From Octopus bimaculoides (Eukaryota): 64,000 bases of DNA. Positions 36,336 through 48,290 of the stretch are shown here, piece by piece (the first letter of the stretch is position 1; every line of letters starts with the position of its first letter). The notes below the pieces were generated by a model. It did no database searches, was not told where the DNA came from, and saw only the letters and a program-made list of their open reading frames with translations. Position numbers and translations under genes: made by a program. The stretch is from contig NC_068981.1 in NCBI RefSeq assembly GCF_001194135.2, positions 190,973,555-191,037,554 on the forward strand, read 5' to 3'.

Positions 36336-37394
36336 TTTATTTTTTTTGTTGGTGAAAGCAATATCTTAAATGGTTTTAAACAGTCATATCAAACCTGAAG
36401 CTTATCTCGTTTAGTTTGATACCAACAATTTCTAAACATTCTTTTATGTTCTTTTTTTTTCTTTTTTTTTTTTTTTTCGAAACTTTCTTTTCAGCACAAT
36501 AACGTGATTTAAGTCTTAAAACCAAGAATTTACGTAGGGAGAAAGCAATTCATAAATTCTGATGGCTGTTTATATATTGATTCTTATCAGAAGCAAAATA
36601 GATTGAATCTATTTCTGTAAGTTCTTGTTGTTCACCTTTTTCCACTACTATCGAGCCATGAGTCCATTATCTTAATGAGTTTATGGTAGTTTTGTGAATG
36701 AGATATATCTCTCAATTAAAATCATTTTGTTTGAATTTCCAAGTCATTATCATTTCAAAATTCATTACCAAACTATTAGTGTCAGTATCCAGGTCCTCTT
36801 ACAGACACTACCAACGTACCTTTTAGTGTTTAATTCACTCAAATTTTAGAATATTTCTGTTATTAAGTTTCACTGTTGTATTTTATTATTATTATTGTTT
36901 TATCAAATTCCTTTTATTTGCACAGTCTGAGACAGAAAGATGTCAAATTTGCACTCTATTGGAAATTTGGTTGTTAGTACCATAAAACTGCCATAATGAT
37001 TTCCATTCAATGAATTTTTTTAAATTAAAATTTATTTTCTGAGTTTTATTTTATTTTATGTTTTAGTTTTATTTTATTTTATTTTTTCTGATTTCATTTC
37101 CTCTTTTGGACATAAAATTGAATTAAATGAGAATGTTTAAGTAATTACCAGTGTCACCCACCTCTTGATAAAACAGCAGTTATTTCTCTCTGATTATTAC
37201 TTTAAGTCTGTGTTTATTGTTTTCTTTTACTGAATCTATTTATGATACAGTTAATATGTCTTAGCTTTTATATCTCTGCGTCTGATATAAGCTTATCGCG
37301 TCAGACAGCGTCACACAGTCATAGTTAAACATTTAAAATCTTCATTACTATAAAATATTCATTATAGTTTTGATATATTTTGACCTTTCAATCA

Positions 37395-37395
<1 letters not shown>

Positions 37396-37442
<47 letters not shown>

Positions 37443-37473
37443 TACACATATATATACATACATACATACATAC

Positions 37474-37553
<80 letters not shown>
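37396..37553. repeat. Compound (TA)n/(CA)n/(ATAC)n microsatellite
   Basis: Direct reading. Confidence 0.97.
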
Positions 37554-37769
37554 ATAGTTTTGTCTTCCATAATTTAAAATAAATTTGTGTATGAATCATT
37601 TATTTGTATATTTTATATCATCATAATTGGGGAAACAATATTTTTTTAATGGACCAATCACAGTTTCACTACAATTCTGATAGAAAGAATATCAAGAGAG
37701 TATCTGTAATTCAAAGCAGAACAAATATCTCAAAGGACTTTTTTTTTTCCTCTAATAAGTATTTGTATC

Positions 37770-38075
37770 CTTCACCAGTATTGATTTTGATGAACGATGG
37801 ACACATAATCATTTTATGCCTGCCTTGGCTGAAAGGGCCATCACCTTCAAAGTTCCTCATCCTGAAATCAGCATTTCCCAATTTTCTGTGTCTTCCTCTG
37901 CTGCTGTTTCCTTTTGGCTCTTCTTTACTCAAATGTTGTCCTCCATGTGTATCACGCATCCAAACCAGTTCGGTCTTCTCTCTTGTATGCTTTATTTTCT
38001 CTCAGTTCATTTGTGCTTCCTCGTTCACACACATTACACATCCAGTAGAGTATACTCACCTCATTTCTTTCTAAA
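37770..38075 (-). mobile_element. Decayed RTE LINE 3' ORF fragment
   Basis: Minus frames LERNEVSILYWMCNV..NELRE / NWFGCVIHMEDN / SRGRHRK. Confidence 0.8.
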
Positions 38076-38221
38076 CTATACAAATGCTCAACATTCAAAA
38101 CCCATGTTTTGTAACCTAAAAACTATACATATTGCACTTCTGTATCACAGCAGAGTTAACAGGTTCCTGAACTTTTCCAACTACATTGTACTCTGGCTAT
38201 TTTGCTTTGGAACACCCCAGG

Positions 38222-38646
38222 CAGTGCTGGACTAACCATTAAGAAAAATATGCATGTGCTCAGGGCATTGAGGGAAGGAGGGGGCACCACAGAAATGGTA
38301 AATGGTTTACGGCACAAAAGAAATAACTTTAAACTTGCTAAAATAATATTTGGGATGCCTTTATCTCTGCTAAGTATATATGCAGATGTGTTATCTAAGA
38401 TTAATTTTGAGGATCTGACCTGCAATTTTAAAAAATAGGAGGAAACTTTTCAAATATAAATAAAATGGAAGTATACAAAATACAAAAATATATATTATTT
38501 CCCCTCTCATTGTTTTGTTTTGTTTTGAAAAATAAAAATTTATTTTATGGTTTGTTATTGTTTATATTTTGAATTACATTATCTTTTATGGGGGTACTAA
38601 AATCGTCTAAGTGCTTAGGGCCTCGATGGGACTTAATCCAGCCCTG
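38222..38646 (+). mobile_element. hAT-type MITE with 8-bp target-site duplication
   Basis: TIRs CAGTGCTGGACTAA / TTAATCCAGCCCTG; flanks ACCCCAGG and ACCTCAGG. Confidence 0.85.
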
Positions 38647-38724
38647 ACCTCAGGCTACTAATTTACACACACGCACACACATACACAGATCAATAACACT
38701 TTTCTTGTCCTTCCCCTCTCCTTT

Positions 38725-39081
38725 CAGTACTGGATTAACCATTAAGCCAAAAAGCTTGTGTATAGAGCATCAAAGGGAAGTAGAGTTCCACAGAAATGGT
38801 AAATGGTTTGCAGCACAAAAGAAATCACTTTAAACTTGCTAAAATAATATTCAAAGTGGTTTATATGATCAGGAATATAATTTCAAAGTGTTCATGGTGT
38901 CATGGTGAGGGTCTTATCAAAGGATTTGTGATTAAAAGAAGTAGAAGACTTCTCGAATATAAATAAAGTGGAAGTATACAAAAATAAACATTATTTCCCA
39001 TCTTACTGTTAGTTTTGTTTCATTTTGAAAAGTAAAAATTTATCAGTGTTTAGGGCTTCTAAAGGTCTTATTCCAGCCCTA
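38725..39081 (+). mobile_element. Second copy of the same hAT-type MITE
   Basis: CAGTACTGGATTAA..TTATTCCAGCCCTA; shares CCACAGAAATGGTAAATGGTTT..CTTTAAACTTGCTAAAATAATATT; no clear TSD. Confidence 0.8.
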
Positions 39082-39225
39082 CTGTCACTTCAGTTTTTCT
39101 CACACTTCCTTCTTGCCTTTGCCTTCTTCCCCTTCATTTCATTTCTCTTTCCTTCTACCTCTCTCACCAAGTTCCTCTTACTACTACTACTTTTCCTGTG
39201 AATTTTCCTAAATCACACACACACA

Positions 39226-39270
<45 letters not shown>

Positions 39271-39273
<3 letters not shown>

Positions 39274-39790
39274 GTTCTTACACAGTTTTCTCCTACTAAA
39301 TTCAAACTTATTTGGTCAACTGGAGATTTTAATAAAAGAAAATTACATTTCCCATCACTGCTATGCTATGAGATTGAACCCAGGACCAAAAAGGTGACCC
39401 CCTTCAGTCTTGAATGACCATGGGATTGCACCTAGAAAGTTACCCTCCAAGGCACAAGCCCAGGCAAGGTTGTTTATGGAAGACCAGTAGTCGCTCATGC
39501 ATACCAGCCTCCCCTCTCCATGCCACCAATGTTATCCAAGTGAAAGGCAAAGGGGCCGATACAGCTTGGCACCAGTGATGTCACAACTCATTTCTACAGC
39601 TGAGTGAACTGGAGCAATGTGAAATAAAGTGTCTTGCTCTAGAACACAACACGCAGCCCAGTCCGGGAATCAAACTCACAACCTCACGATCATAAGCTTG
39701 ACGCTCTAACCACTGAGCCATGCACCTTCACACAGAACCCAGAACCACATGCTTGTGAAATAAGTTCCTTAACCTCACTGCTATATCTGC
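39271..39790 (-). mobile_element. Degenerate head-A SINE split by an E SINE
   Basis: Head halves at 39271-39388 and 39735-39790. Confidence 0.65.
39389..39734 (-). mobile_element. Full-length E SINE with 13-bp target-site duplication
   Basis: Minus strand A box TGGCTCAGTGG and B box GAGTTTGATTCC; core GTGTTCTAGAGCAAGACACTTTA..GCTCCAGTTCACTCAGCTG; TSD GAACCCAG(G/A)ACCA at 39376 and 39735. Confidence 0.9.
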
Positions 39791-39922
39791 ACCCTTGTAT
39801 TACACTAGTGCCAATTAGACATGTTTTACCTGCCATTTCCAGTAACTTCCCTATAATTTCACTTCATTCTCAACACGGCTGTGTGACTTCAACAACCTAA
39901 ATTAGATTGATACAAATACACA

Positions 39923-39964
<42 letters not shown>

Positions 39965-40596
39965 AACAAGTTACTGGCAGCGCTTGATTGACATTTGCTT
40001 TAAATCTTCCACTGAGTTCACATTGATGACAGTAACCAATATTTTCAGAAACAGTAGTTTGTCTCTAATGATTTCTTTGTTTTTATTTTTTAAGATTTAT
40101 ATATTCTTGTTCTTTGTTTCTCGTGGATAGACAAACCCAGATATTTGCTCTCACAATAAATATGTTGTTACTGTTTATAAAAGAACCAAATTAATTGGAA
40201 CAGATTTCTGTTTTTCTTACCTGTGCTTTAAATTAGACATTGAACACTTATACTTTTTTTTTTTTTTTTTGCTTCAGCTGATAAACATCTATGATTTTTA
40301 CTGCAAATGCTACAAATTATGTATAATTATATCCCTTAACAATCTTATAAACAATGAAAGGTTAACTATACTTGTTCCCTGTTTGCAGTGTTTCGTTAAT
40401 GCAATTTAATATCTATTGTTGTCTCTGATTTTATTTTAAAACACCACATATTTTTGTTTTAAACAGAGAAACATTTCTTTCTTTCTGGTTTGGTATAATT
40501 TTATTTCCATAAAATTACTGTGATAAAAATTTTAGGACACTATTTTTCCTCCAAGTTTTGTATAATCTTATTCTTCAGCTTAATAACTGTGGAGTT

Positions 40597-40828
40597 TAGG
40601 GTGGTGAGCTGGCAGAATCATTAGCACACCGGGTGAAATGCTTAGTGGTATTTCGTCTACCGTTATGTTCTGAGTTCAAATTCTGCTGAGGTCAACTTTG
40701 CCTTTCATCCTTTCAGGGTTGATTAAATAAGTACCAGTTACACACTGGGGTCGATGTAATCAACTTAATCCTTTTGTCCATCCTTGTTTGTCCCCTCTCT
40801 GTTTAGACCCCTGTGAGTAATAAAGAAA
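40597..40828 (+). mobile_element. Head-B/delta SINE with 13-bp target-site duplication
   Basis: TAA(C/T)TGTGGAGTT at 40584-40596 and 40829-40841. Confidence 0.92.
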
Positions 40829-40929
40829 TAATTGTGGAGTTCTTTTTTCTTTCTATATTTTGATTTCTGTCACAAGAAGTCAAGCCAAGGATGCACACAA
40901 AGGCACATCTACAGACACTCACATATTTA

Positions 40930-41075
40930 CATACATGACAAACTTCCTTCAGTTTCCATCTACAAATCCACTCACAAGGCTTTTGTTCCCTGGGGCTATA
41001 GCAGAAGATATATACTCAAGGTGCTGCATAGTGAGATTGAACCCAAGACTACATCATTGGGAAGAAAATTTAGTT
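40930..41075 (-). mobile_element. Head-A SINE fragment
   Basis: CAGTTTCCATCTACAAATCCACTCACAAGGC. Confidence 0.75.
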
Positions 41076-41925
41076 AAGACTTACCTCAGTCATTATCACT
41101 ACTGCAACTGTGCAATTGTATGTTTATCTTTCCGTCTAAGTTGTTATTTAGAAAGAAATGATATCTTAGTTAGGTAGCACTGATATGCTTTGGTTCATGA
41201 TTTCGCTTGCATCTGGTTTGTAGGGTAAAATCTCTGAAATAAAATGTCATCTTAATAAGATTAGAAGTGTGTCAAAGTATAAAATTCCAATTCCATTTAA
41301 AGCTGCTCTCGGCCAGAACATGCCATCTCTGTTACAACAGCAGTGCAAATGATATAAAATGTTCTTTTCCTATTCACAGAAGACTCAGTTAACATTGTGT
41401 AAAGTAAGGTGATATCGAGCAGAGTTTTAATAACTAATTCCCACATGGAAAATAGCAAAGCAATGCTGTAAATAGTTCAGTAGATGGTGGCTGTAAGTTG
41501 CTGGAAACTTCCCACTTACCAACTAAAAGCTCATGCCATCGTTCAATGTATTTTAATGTTTTGGAAAGAAATTAATCTAAAAATATTGTAACTTTTGACT
41601 ACTTTATCTTGACATCAGTTCGCTATAAAGTAAAAATTTGAAACCTTTTAAGGTATCGTAAAATAGGTAAAACTTTCAAGTTCAACTTGAAAAATACAAA
41701 CTCTGAAAACAGCACTTTCTTACCACAACTACACTTTCCATTAGATAGAAATATAATGTAATTAATTTTACATCTCACTGTTATCGATAAGCAGGCATTA
41801 AATACCCATAAGCATTCTCTTGTAACTTACTTAGCTGCAAGTTCTCCAGTTATATCAAGTTGAGTGGCAAGTTAGTTCTAACATTTGCATCATCATCAGA
41901 GGATTCTGGTCAGACATAAATTCTA

Positions 41926-41973
<48 letters not shown>

Positions 41974-42262
41974 CACAGTAAATGTAAATATAATTGTCTG
42001 TCACAGTGTGTGTGTGTGTGTGTGTGTGTGTGTCAAAGCTTGTTCTTTCATCATTTTTAAACCAATAGATTTCAGGAATGCTTTCTTACAACAAGAAAAT
42101 ATTCAGTTTAAAAACAAATTCACCAGAAAAGTAGTAAGTGGCCGCTGCTTTGCATCTCTGTAGATATTTATGTATGAAACAAGTACATAAGATGTTTGGC
42201 CTCAAGTCACATTGTCATGTCAGTACTTATAAGTCTGTTTATCTCCCCCACCACCACCACCA

Positions 42263-42298
<36 letters not shown>

Positions 42299-42299
42299 T

Positions 42300-42515
42300 T
42301 CTTTCTTCATTTAACACTTGTTTTCCATGAAGGCATGGTTGGATACCTTGACATGATCTGGCAAGCTGCAGGGCTGCATTGTGCTCCAATGTTAGCTTTG
42401 GCATGGGCTCTATGGTTAGATGTTCTTCCTAATGCCAATCCCTTTACAGTATGTACTGGGGTCCTTTTTTCATGCCACCAGCACTAGTGAAGTCATCAAG
42501 TAACTTGCAAGACAA
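42300..42515 (-). mobile_element. Degenerate C element
   Basis: TTTTCCATGAAGGCATGG..TTCTTCCTAATGCCAA. Confidence 0.7.
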
Positions 42516-42586
42516 GAAAATGTCCCCTTAACTAAATAACTTTGAAAGGTTTCAGCCAGTATAGGCCCAGGCCATGTCTAACTTAG

Positions 42587-42603
42587 TAGCGCCACCTGGT
42601 GAA
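42587..42603 (-). promoter_or_regulatory. Candidate CTCF binding site
   Basis: Minus strand TTCACCAGGTGGCGCTA, one mismatch from the CCACCAGGTGGCGCTA core. Confidence 0.5.
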
Positions 42604-42806
42604 GTCTTTTAGTCATAAACGGGGCGCCATGACCCACTCTAGAAAAGAGTTATTATTGTTGGAGACATATCCAGGTGTAGGAGTTTGGTCTGGGATTTTT
42701 TGAAGAAATTTGTCCAGTGAACATTTGAATTTTATGGGATCCGTTTCCATATAAATCCTTATATTCTAGAAGGATCTAGAATGATCTATCACATTAAAAC
42801 TGGATG

Positions 42807-42816
42807 CTGATTGGCT
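42807..42816 (-). promoter_or_regulatory. NF-Y-type CCAAT box (AGCCAATCAG)
   Basis: Exact motif about 200 nt from the CTCF-like site. Confidence 0.25.
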
Positions 42817-43072
42817 AAAAACTCGGCCTTTCACATGATCAGGGTTGAGTGATGTTGTGGCTTAAACTCTGTAATATGGTAATTCAGTTTCGAGTCTCAG
42901 TACAGTTACTCCACAATTTATAAGGGGGGTGGAAGTTGCTGGGAAGAAGATAAGTTGATAGTGATGGGGTACCAAGAAGATAGTAATGATGAGGTACCTC
43001 AGAGAGAGTAAGAGAGAGAATGTGTGTGTGTAACAATCAGTCTCCAGAAATGTTCAAATTATAAAATCTATT

Positions 43073-43313
43073 TATTTCTTTATTGCCCACAGAAGGTGGG
43101 GAGCTAAACATAGAGGGGACAAACAAGGACAGACAAAGGGATTAAGTCGATTACATTAACCCCAGTGCGTAAATGGTACTTAATTTATCGACCCCAAAAA
43201 GATGAAAGGCAAAGTCGACCTCGGCGGAATTTGAACTCAGAACGTAACGGCAGACGAAATACTACTAGGCATTTCGCCCAGCGTGATAACGTTTCTGCCA
43301 GCTCGCTGCCTTA
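43073..43313 (-). mobile_element. Head-B/delta SINE, CpG-rich and young-looking
   Basis: Retains GTCGACCTCGGCGGAA; degenerate 17-bp TSD (43056-43072 vs 43314-43330, 14/17). Confidence 0.92.
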
Positions 43314-44267
43314 AAGTTAGAAAATATATTGGCATTCGGTCCAACTGTGTAGATTTACATCTGACTATATAATCTTGTAAGTGTAGGTCAAGAAAATTAC
43401 TACTTCTACTACTGTTACTGCTACTCTCACTATTGCTGTTGGCGTTTGCATATTACATACATAGTGACAGTGGGGGGGGGATGTGAGAGAAACTTTAGCT
43501 GATGTAGCTATTATTACTTGTGTTGCTTATCCTTGAATAACAATATCGATTGATTTATCAGCTTTCTATGATTGTACTTATTCTCTCAATGAACCAATTG
43601 CATGGCCCACTTTCACTCCCATCCTTACAATTCGTGACTGGAGCCAATCAACTTCCTTTACACCACTCATATTTTTAACAATAGTAAAAATGTCGCATCT
43701 AATTTCTTCTTCTCTAAAAAATCGGTTTTCTAAGTTTATTAACATGAAACCCACAAAACAGACTGTAAATTTGGGGAGTTTTTTTTTTCTTCTTTCTATT
43801 ATTCTTTATAGGTCCATAAATTTCAGTCACACCAATAATATAATGAATTTTAGAGCTGTAATCTCAGACTAGTTACATTATAAAAGTTATAGATCTGTCA
43901 CTAATCAAAGTATATAGCCAAAACAGTAAATGTGTGACATTATTTTGTTGGCTTATCTTAATAATAATGATAATAATAATAATAATAATTTATATAGGCT
44001 TCAAAATCATCTAAAAAAAATTATTATTGTCAATAAGAAAAAAGATTACAATAAAAATCATAGTGAATGAGAACATTTCTTGCAATAAAATGGGATTGAT
44101 AAAGGTAGACTCCTTCCACAAAATGATTTAATTGAACATTAGATAGGGGCTGGTATTGATAATGAAATTAGATTTATGCGGATATGCATCAACATATATG
44201 ATAAAAATTGAGTGGAAAGGGGAAAATGGTTTATAGTTTACTGTAGTTAACAAATGTAAATTCTTCA

Positions 44268-44520
44268 TTGTCATCATCATTTAATGTCCGTTTTCCATGC
44301 TGGCATGGGTTGATCAGTTTGACAAGGAACTGGTAAGCTGCACCAGGCTCCAGTTTTCTGTTTTGGCATGGTTTCTATGGCTGGATGCCCTTCTTGATGC
44401 CAACCACTTTACAAAATGTACTGGGTGCTTTTTATGTACTATCAGCTCAGGAGCTATTTTACATGGCATCAGCATGGGTGCTTTACACATGGCACCACTA
44501 CGGGTGCTTTTTATGTGGTG
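44268..44520 (-). mobile_element. C element
   Basis: CATCATCATTTAATGTCCG..GGATGCCCTTC. Confidence 0.85.
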
Positions 44521-44934
44521 GCCTCAAAAGACCCCTCTAACCCATGCTAGCATGAAAAAGTCAGCATAAAACTCTGATATTAAGGATGATTTTTAAGTCA
44601 GATTCATTTTCACATTGCTGCAGTCTTTGTTCATTCTGACACCAAATGTGAATCCTCCTCCTCCCCCTCCTCCTCATTTGCCAACTTACCAATCTATTAT
44701 ACCTTAGTCTTTACTTGCAACACTTTCTATTAGTTTGTTGACCATACCAAATACAGTCTGTGATTGTAGTTACCCCCAAAATGAAACGAATATATCATAA
44801 GGTGGAGAGAGCTCTTGAGTCTGGAAAGACAAGAACAGCCCTGGTGTTAATAAAAATAGTTGGCTTTTGTTTTGTTTTTTTTTTTGCTCTTTTTTTAGGG
44901 TCACATATTCTGATTGTTGGGAGGGGAGTCTATC

Positions 44935-45165
44935 ATCATCATCATTATCAACATCAACAGCATCTGTTTTTCATGTTGGCATGGGTTGAACAGTTTGACA
45001 GAAGCTGGCAAGGCTCCGAGCTGCACCAGGTTCCATTGTCTGTTGTTTCGGCATGGTTCCTTGCAGCTGGTTGCTCTTCCTAACATCAACAACATTACAG
45101 AGTGTATTAGATGTTTTTTATGTGTCATCAGCACCGGTGCTTATTATGTGGCACAACACCAGGGC
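44935..45165 (-). mobile_element. C element, diverged
   Basis: (CAT)n..GCTGCACCAGG..CTTCCTAACATCAAC. Confidence 0.8.
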
Positions 45166-45999
45166 TGCGTATAGTCAACATAAATGATTTCAGTACATTA
45201 CTGATTCATATTTCATTGACCATGGAGAGATAAGAATAGGCCCCCTCAGAATTTGAACTTGAAATGTAAAGAAGCATTATTATATAACTAAATATGGCAG
45301 AGCATCTTGTCTGATGCACCACTAATTCTCGCATTAACTTATACTGGAATGAGTCTATTGGAACATTCATTTGTGAAGTAAAATACCTCCCAAACTGTTT
45401 TTAATACGTAACAAATATCAGCTTTAGAAAACTTGAGCTTTACTACCTGTTTAGAAAACAAGCACTTAAAATAAAAACGAGGGTGATGATTGATAGTTTG
45501 AACTCATTATTCTGTTTCAATTGTTTGTTTATGTTATTTTATTTATTTTTTATCACTATTTACTAATAATGTGATGTTTACATTCAGAATTACTACGTGG
45601 AGAAAATAGTGGAAAATTATAGATATTTTAACTTTTTGTTAAGAAATTTCTTAAGCGTTCCAATTCTGAAAAATAACAGTTTACTAAATGATTCTTGTTC
45701 TACTTTCAACTGAACAAATATTTTTATAAATGAAATATAGAATAAAGAAAATATTGGGGAATTAGTATCTAATATTTCTTGCATTTTTCACACAAACTGT
45801 TCCTTGTTAATTCTGTTTTGTTTAGAAATTTACAGAAATTTACAGATTTTAATGTCAGAGAGTAAGATTCCTTTAGAGCATATTCTAATACTGTCGTAGT
45901 TTTGTTCCATTTAACTGTTATTACCATGATCAAGTAGAATCTCAAAGTGAAATGTTCTGAGATAGGGATTTCCTAAGTAGGAACATACTACAGAAGATA

Positions 46000-46400
46000 A
46001 ACTACATGTAAACCATTATATTGCTGACATCAAACATACAAATTACTTTTGAACACTGATAGAATGAAGGATTCTTCTGGCTGCCAATATGGATTGGAAT
46101 CATGTGTGCTTACATCTGGGAAAAGCTGAAACTACTATTATGTATCAACTTTGAATGGAAAACCAGACTAGAAAGTGATGTGTTATCTTTAGTGAGTGTC
46201 ATCATAGAGGGTTTCCTGTCTTTCCTGTGAGCTACGTATTGATGGGAAAACGGCTAAGCTGAGAATTCACCAGGTGAACAGAGTTTCACAGAATATTAAG
46301 AAGTTATTCAATAGAAAGAATTCTGGAACAGCTATATGAATTCTGTAAAGATCCAAGTCATAGAAAACACTGTGTTGTAAGATTGGTAGAAGCAATGACA
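46000..46400 (+). pseudogene. Highly decayed RTE-like RT fragment
   Basis: TLNGKPD*KVMCYL and AKLRIHQVNRVSQNIKKLF resemble ..NG..LE.V..F.YLG and RI..A...F..L. Confidence 0.3.
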
Positions 46401-46509
46401 ATGAAAGATTGGAGCCCTAGAAATTAGATATAATGGAAAAATATAGATAAAATAATTATTAATGCCACAGTTTTGGTGGCAGTGGTAGTTGGTGGTAGTA
46501 GTGGTGGTT

Positions 46510-46553
<44 letters not shown>

Positions 46554-46744
46554 TGATGTTGTTGTTGTCTAACCACTAGTTGCTCTGATCCAAGAGACCT
46601 ACAATTAAGGACATTCTAACCATAACCATCACATCTTTTTTGTATATTGAGGGGCTGCAATGCTCAATTTGTCCTTCAGATGGTAGTGTGAGATTTGAGG
46701 GTGATTTAGTTGCTATTACTTACCCGTTGAATGACTGCATGTGG

Positions 46745-46967
46745 NNNNNNNNNNNNNNNNNNNNNNNNNNNNNNNNNNNNNNNNNNNNNNNNNNNNNNNN
46801 NNNNNNNNNNNNNNNNNNNNNNNNNNNNNNNNNNNNNNNNNNNNNNNNNNNNNNNNNNNNNNNNNNNNNNNNNNNNNNNNNNNNNNNNNNNNNNNNNNNN
46901 NNNNNNNNNNNNNNNNNNNNNNNNNNNNNNNNNNNNNNNNNNNNNNNNNNNNNNNNNNNNNNNNNNN
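46745..46967. other. Assembly gap (223 N)
   Basis: N run. Confidence 1.
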
Positions 46968-47764
46968 TAAGAAAAAATTCTTTTCCATTTCCTAAACTTG
47001 TGTGAAAGAACAAGAAATGGATTGCTAAGATAATATTTATTGTGTTCTGGTGGGTGGTGGTGGTGGTGGTGGTGGTGGTGGTGGTATTGTCATTAGTAAT
47101 TGACAAAGAAAACAAAGTAATTATGGTTGGGTGTGGCTCCTGAAAGAATCTTCTAGACTGAGTATTTTCATGGTGGAGATCTCTTCAATGTTGATGATAT
47201 TCTTGTGATCTTTAGTGAATACAAAACAAAAATATTTCACTTTGTAAGTTATCAACTCCAAGACATCGTTCTGTGTTTTTAAAAATAATTTGTTGTTAAT
47301 AGGAACTATCGTAGGAATTAGATTAAATAGTTTATTTCATGATTACTGGAAGTCAACATTGCACAGTAATTTATTTCATTGTTCTTGGATGTTTTCCTGA
47401 GAGTCTAGTCTGTGAGATTGATTCCCAGTGGCATCACCTATACCAATGTTTGGAGCAAATACAAAACGTAACACTTCTTCTCAATCACTAAAACATAAAG
47501 TCTTTGTAACTAATCAAAAGAAACCAATAGGATCTACAAATGAGTTCAATAAGTAATTAACTGTTTTCTGTCTTTATTTCTTCATACTTCAATAACCTCT
47601 TTAACATTCATCAAAGTTTTATTATAACAAAATTGAAAATTTTTTGTCACTTTCTTTCGTTTTTATATGCGCACACATATGGCATACATGTGCATGCATA
47701 TAAACGCACATGCATACATCACAGAACCGGATATGCTTAATTTGCGACAAATTTTATTTTATTC

Positions 47765-48101
47765 ACTATTCTTTTATTTGTTTCAGTCATTTGACTGCAG
47801 CCATGCTGGAGCACTACCTTTAGTCAAACAAATCAACCCCAGGACTTATTCTTTGTAAGCTTAGTACTTATTCTATCAGTCTCTTTTGCCGAACTGTTAA
47901 GTTATGGGGACATAGACACGCCAACATCGGTTGTCAAGCGATGGTGGGGGGGACAAACACAGACACACAAACATATATACATATTCCTTTTTTGTCCATG
48001 TTTTTTGATGTCCTGTACCCTGATATGCATCTATATATACATGTAGATATAGGTATGTACATATATGTATGTATATATGCATATGCTCACATATCATTTG
48101 T

Positions 48102-48146
<45 letters not shown>

Positions 48147-48290
48147 GATAGGCTTCTTTCAGTTTCTGTCTACGAAATCCACTGATATTACAGTACAAGG
48201 CACTTGCCCGAGGTACCATGCAGTAGGACTGAGCCTGGTACCAGGTGGTTGGTAAGCAAGCTACTTATCACACAGCCATTCTTGTGCCTA
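47765..48290 (-). mobile_element. Head-A/alpha SINE with expanded AT-rich linker
   Basis: Alpha body 47765-47970, head 48145-48290. Confidence 0.88.

Noticed and set aside
37711-38425. ORFs 37711-37959, 37604-38074, 37816-38235 and 38156-38425 as genes
   Set aside because: They overlap a decayed RTE fragment and a hAT MITE
39650-39734. tRNA gene
   Set aside because: A and B boxes are present but continue into a SINE body with a TSD and no acceptor stem; the same applies to the head-A and head-B copies
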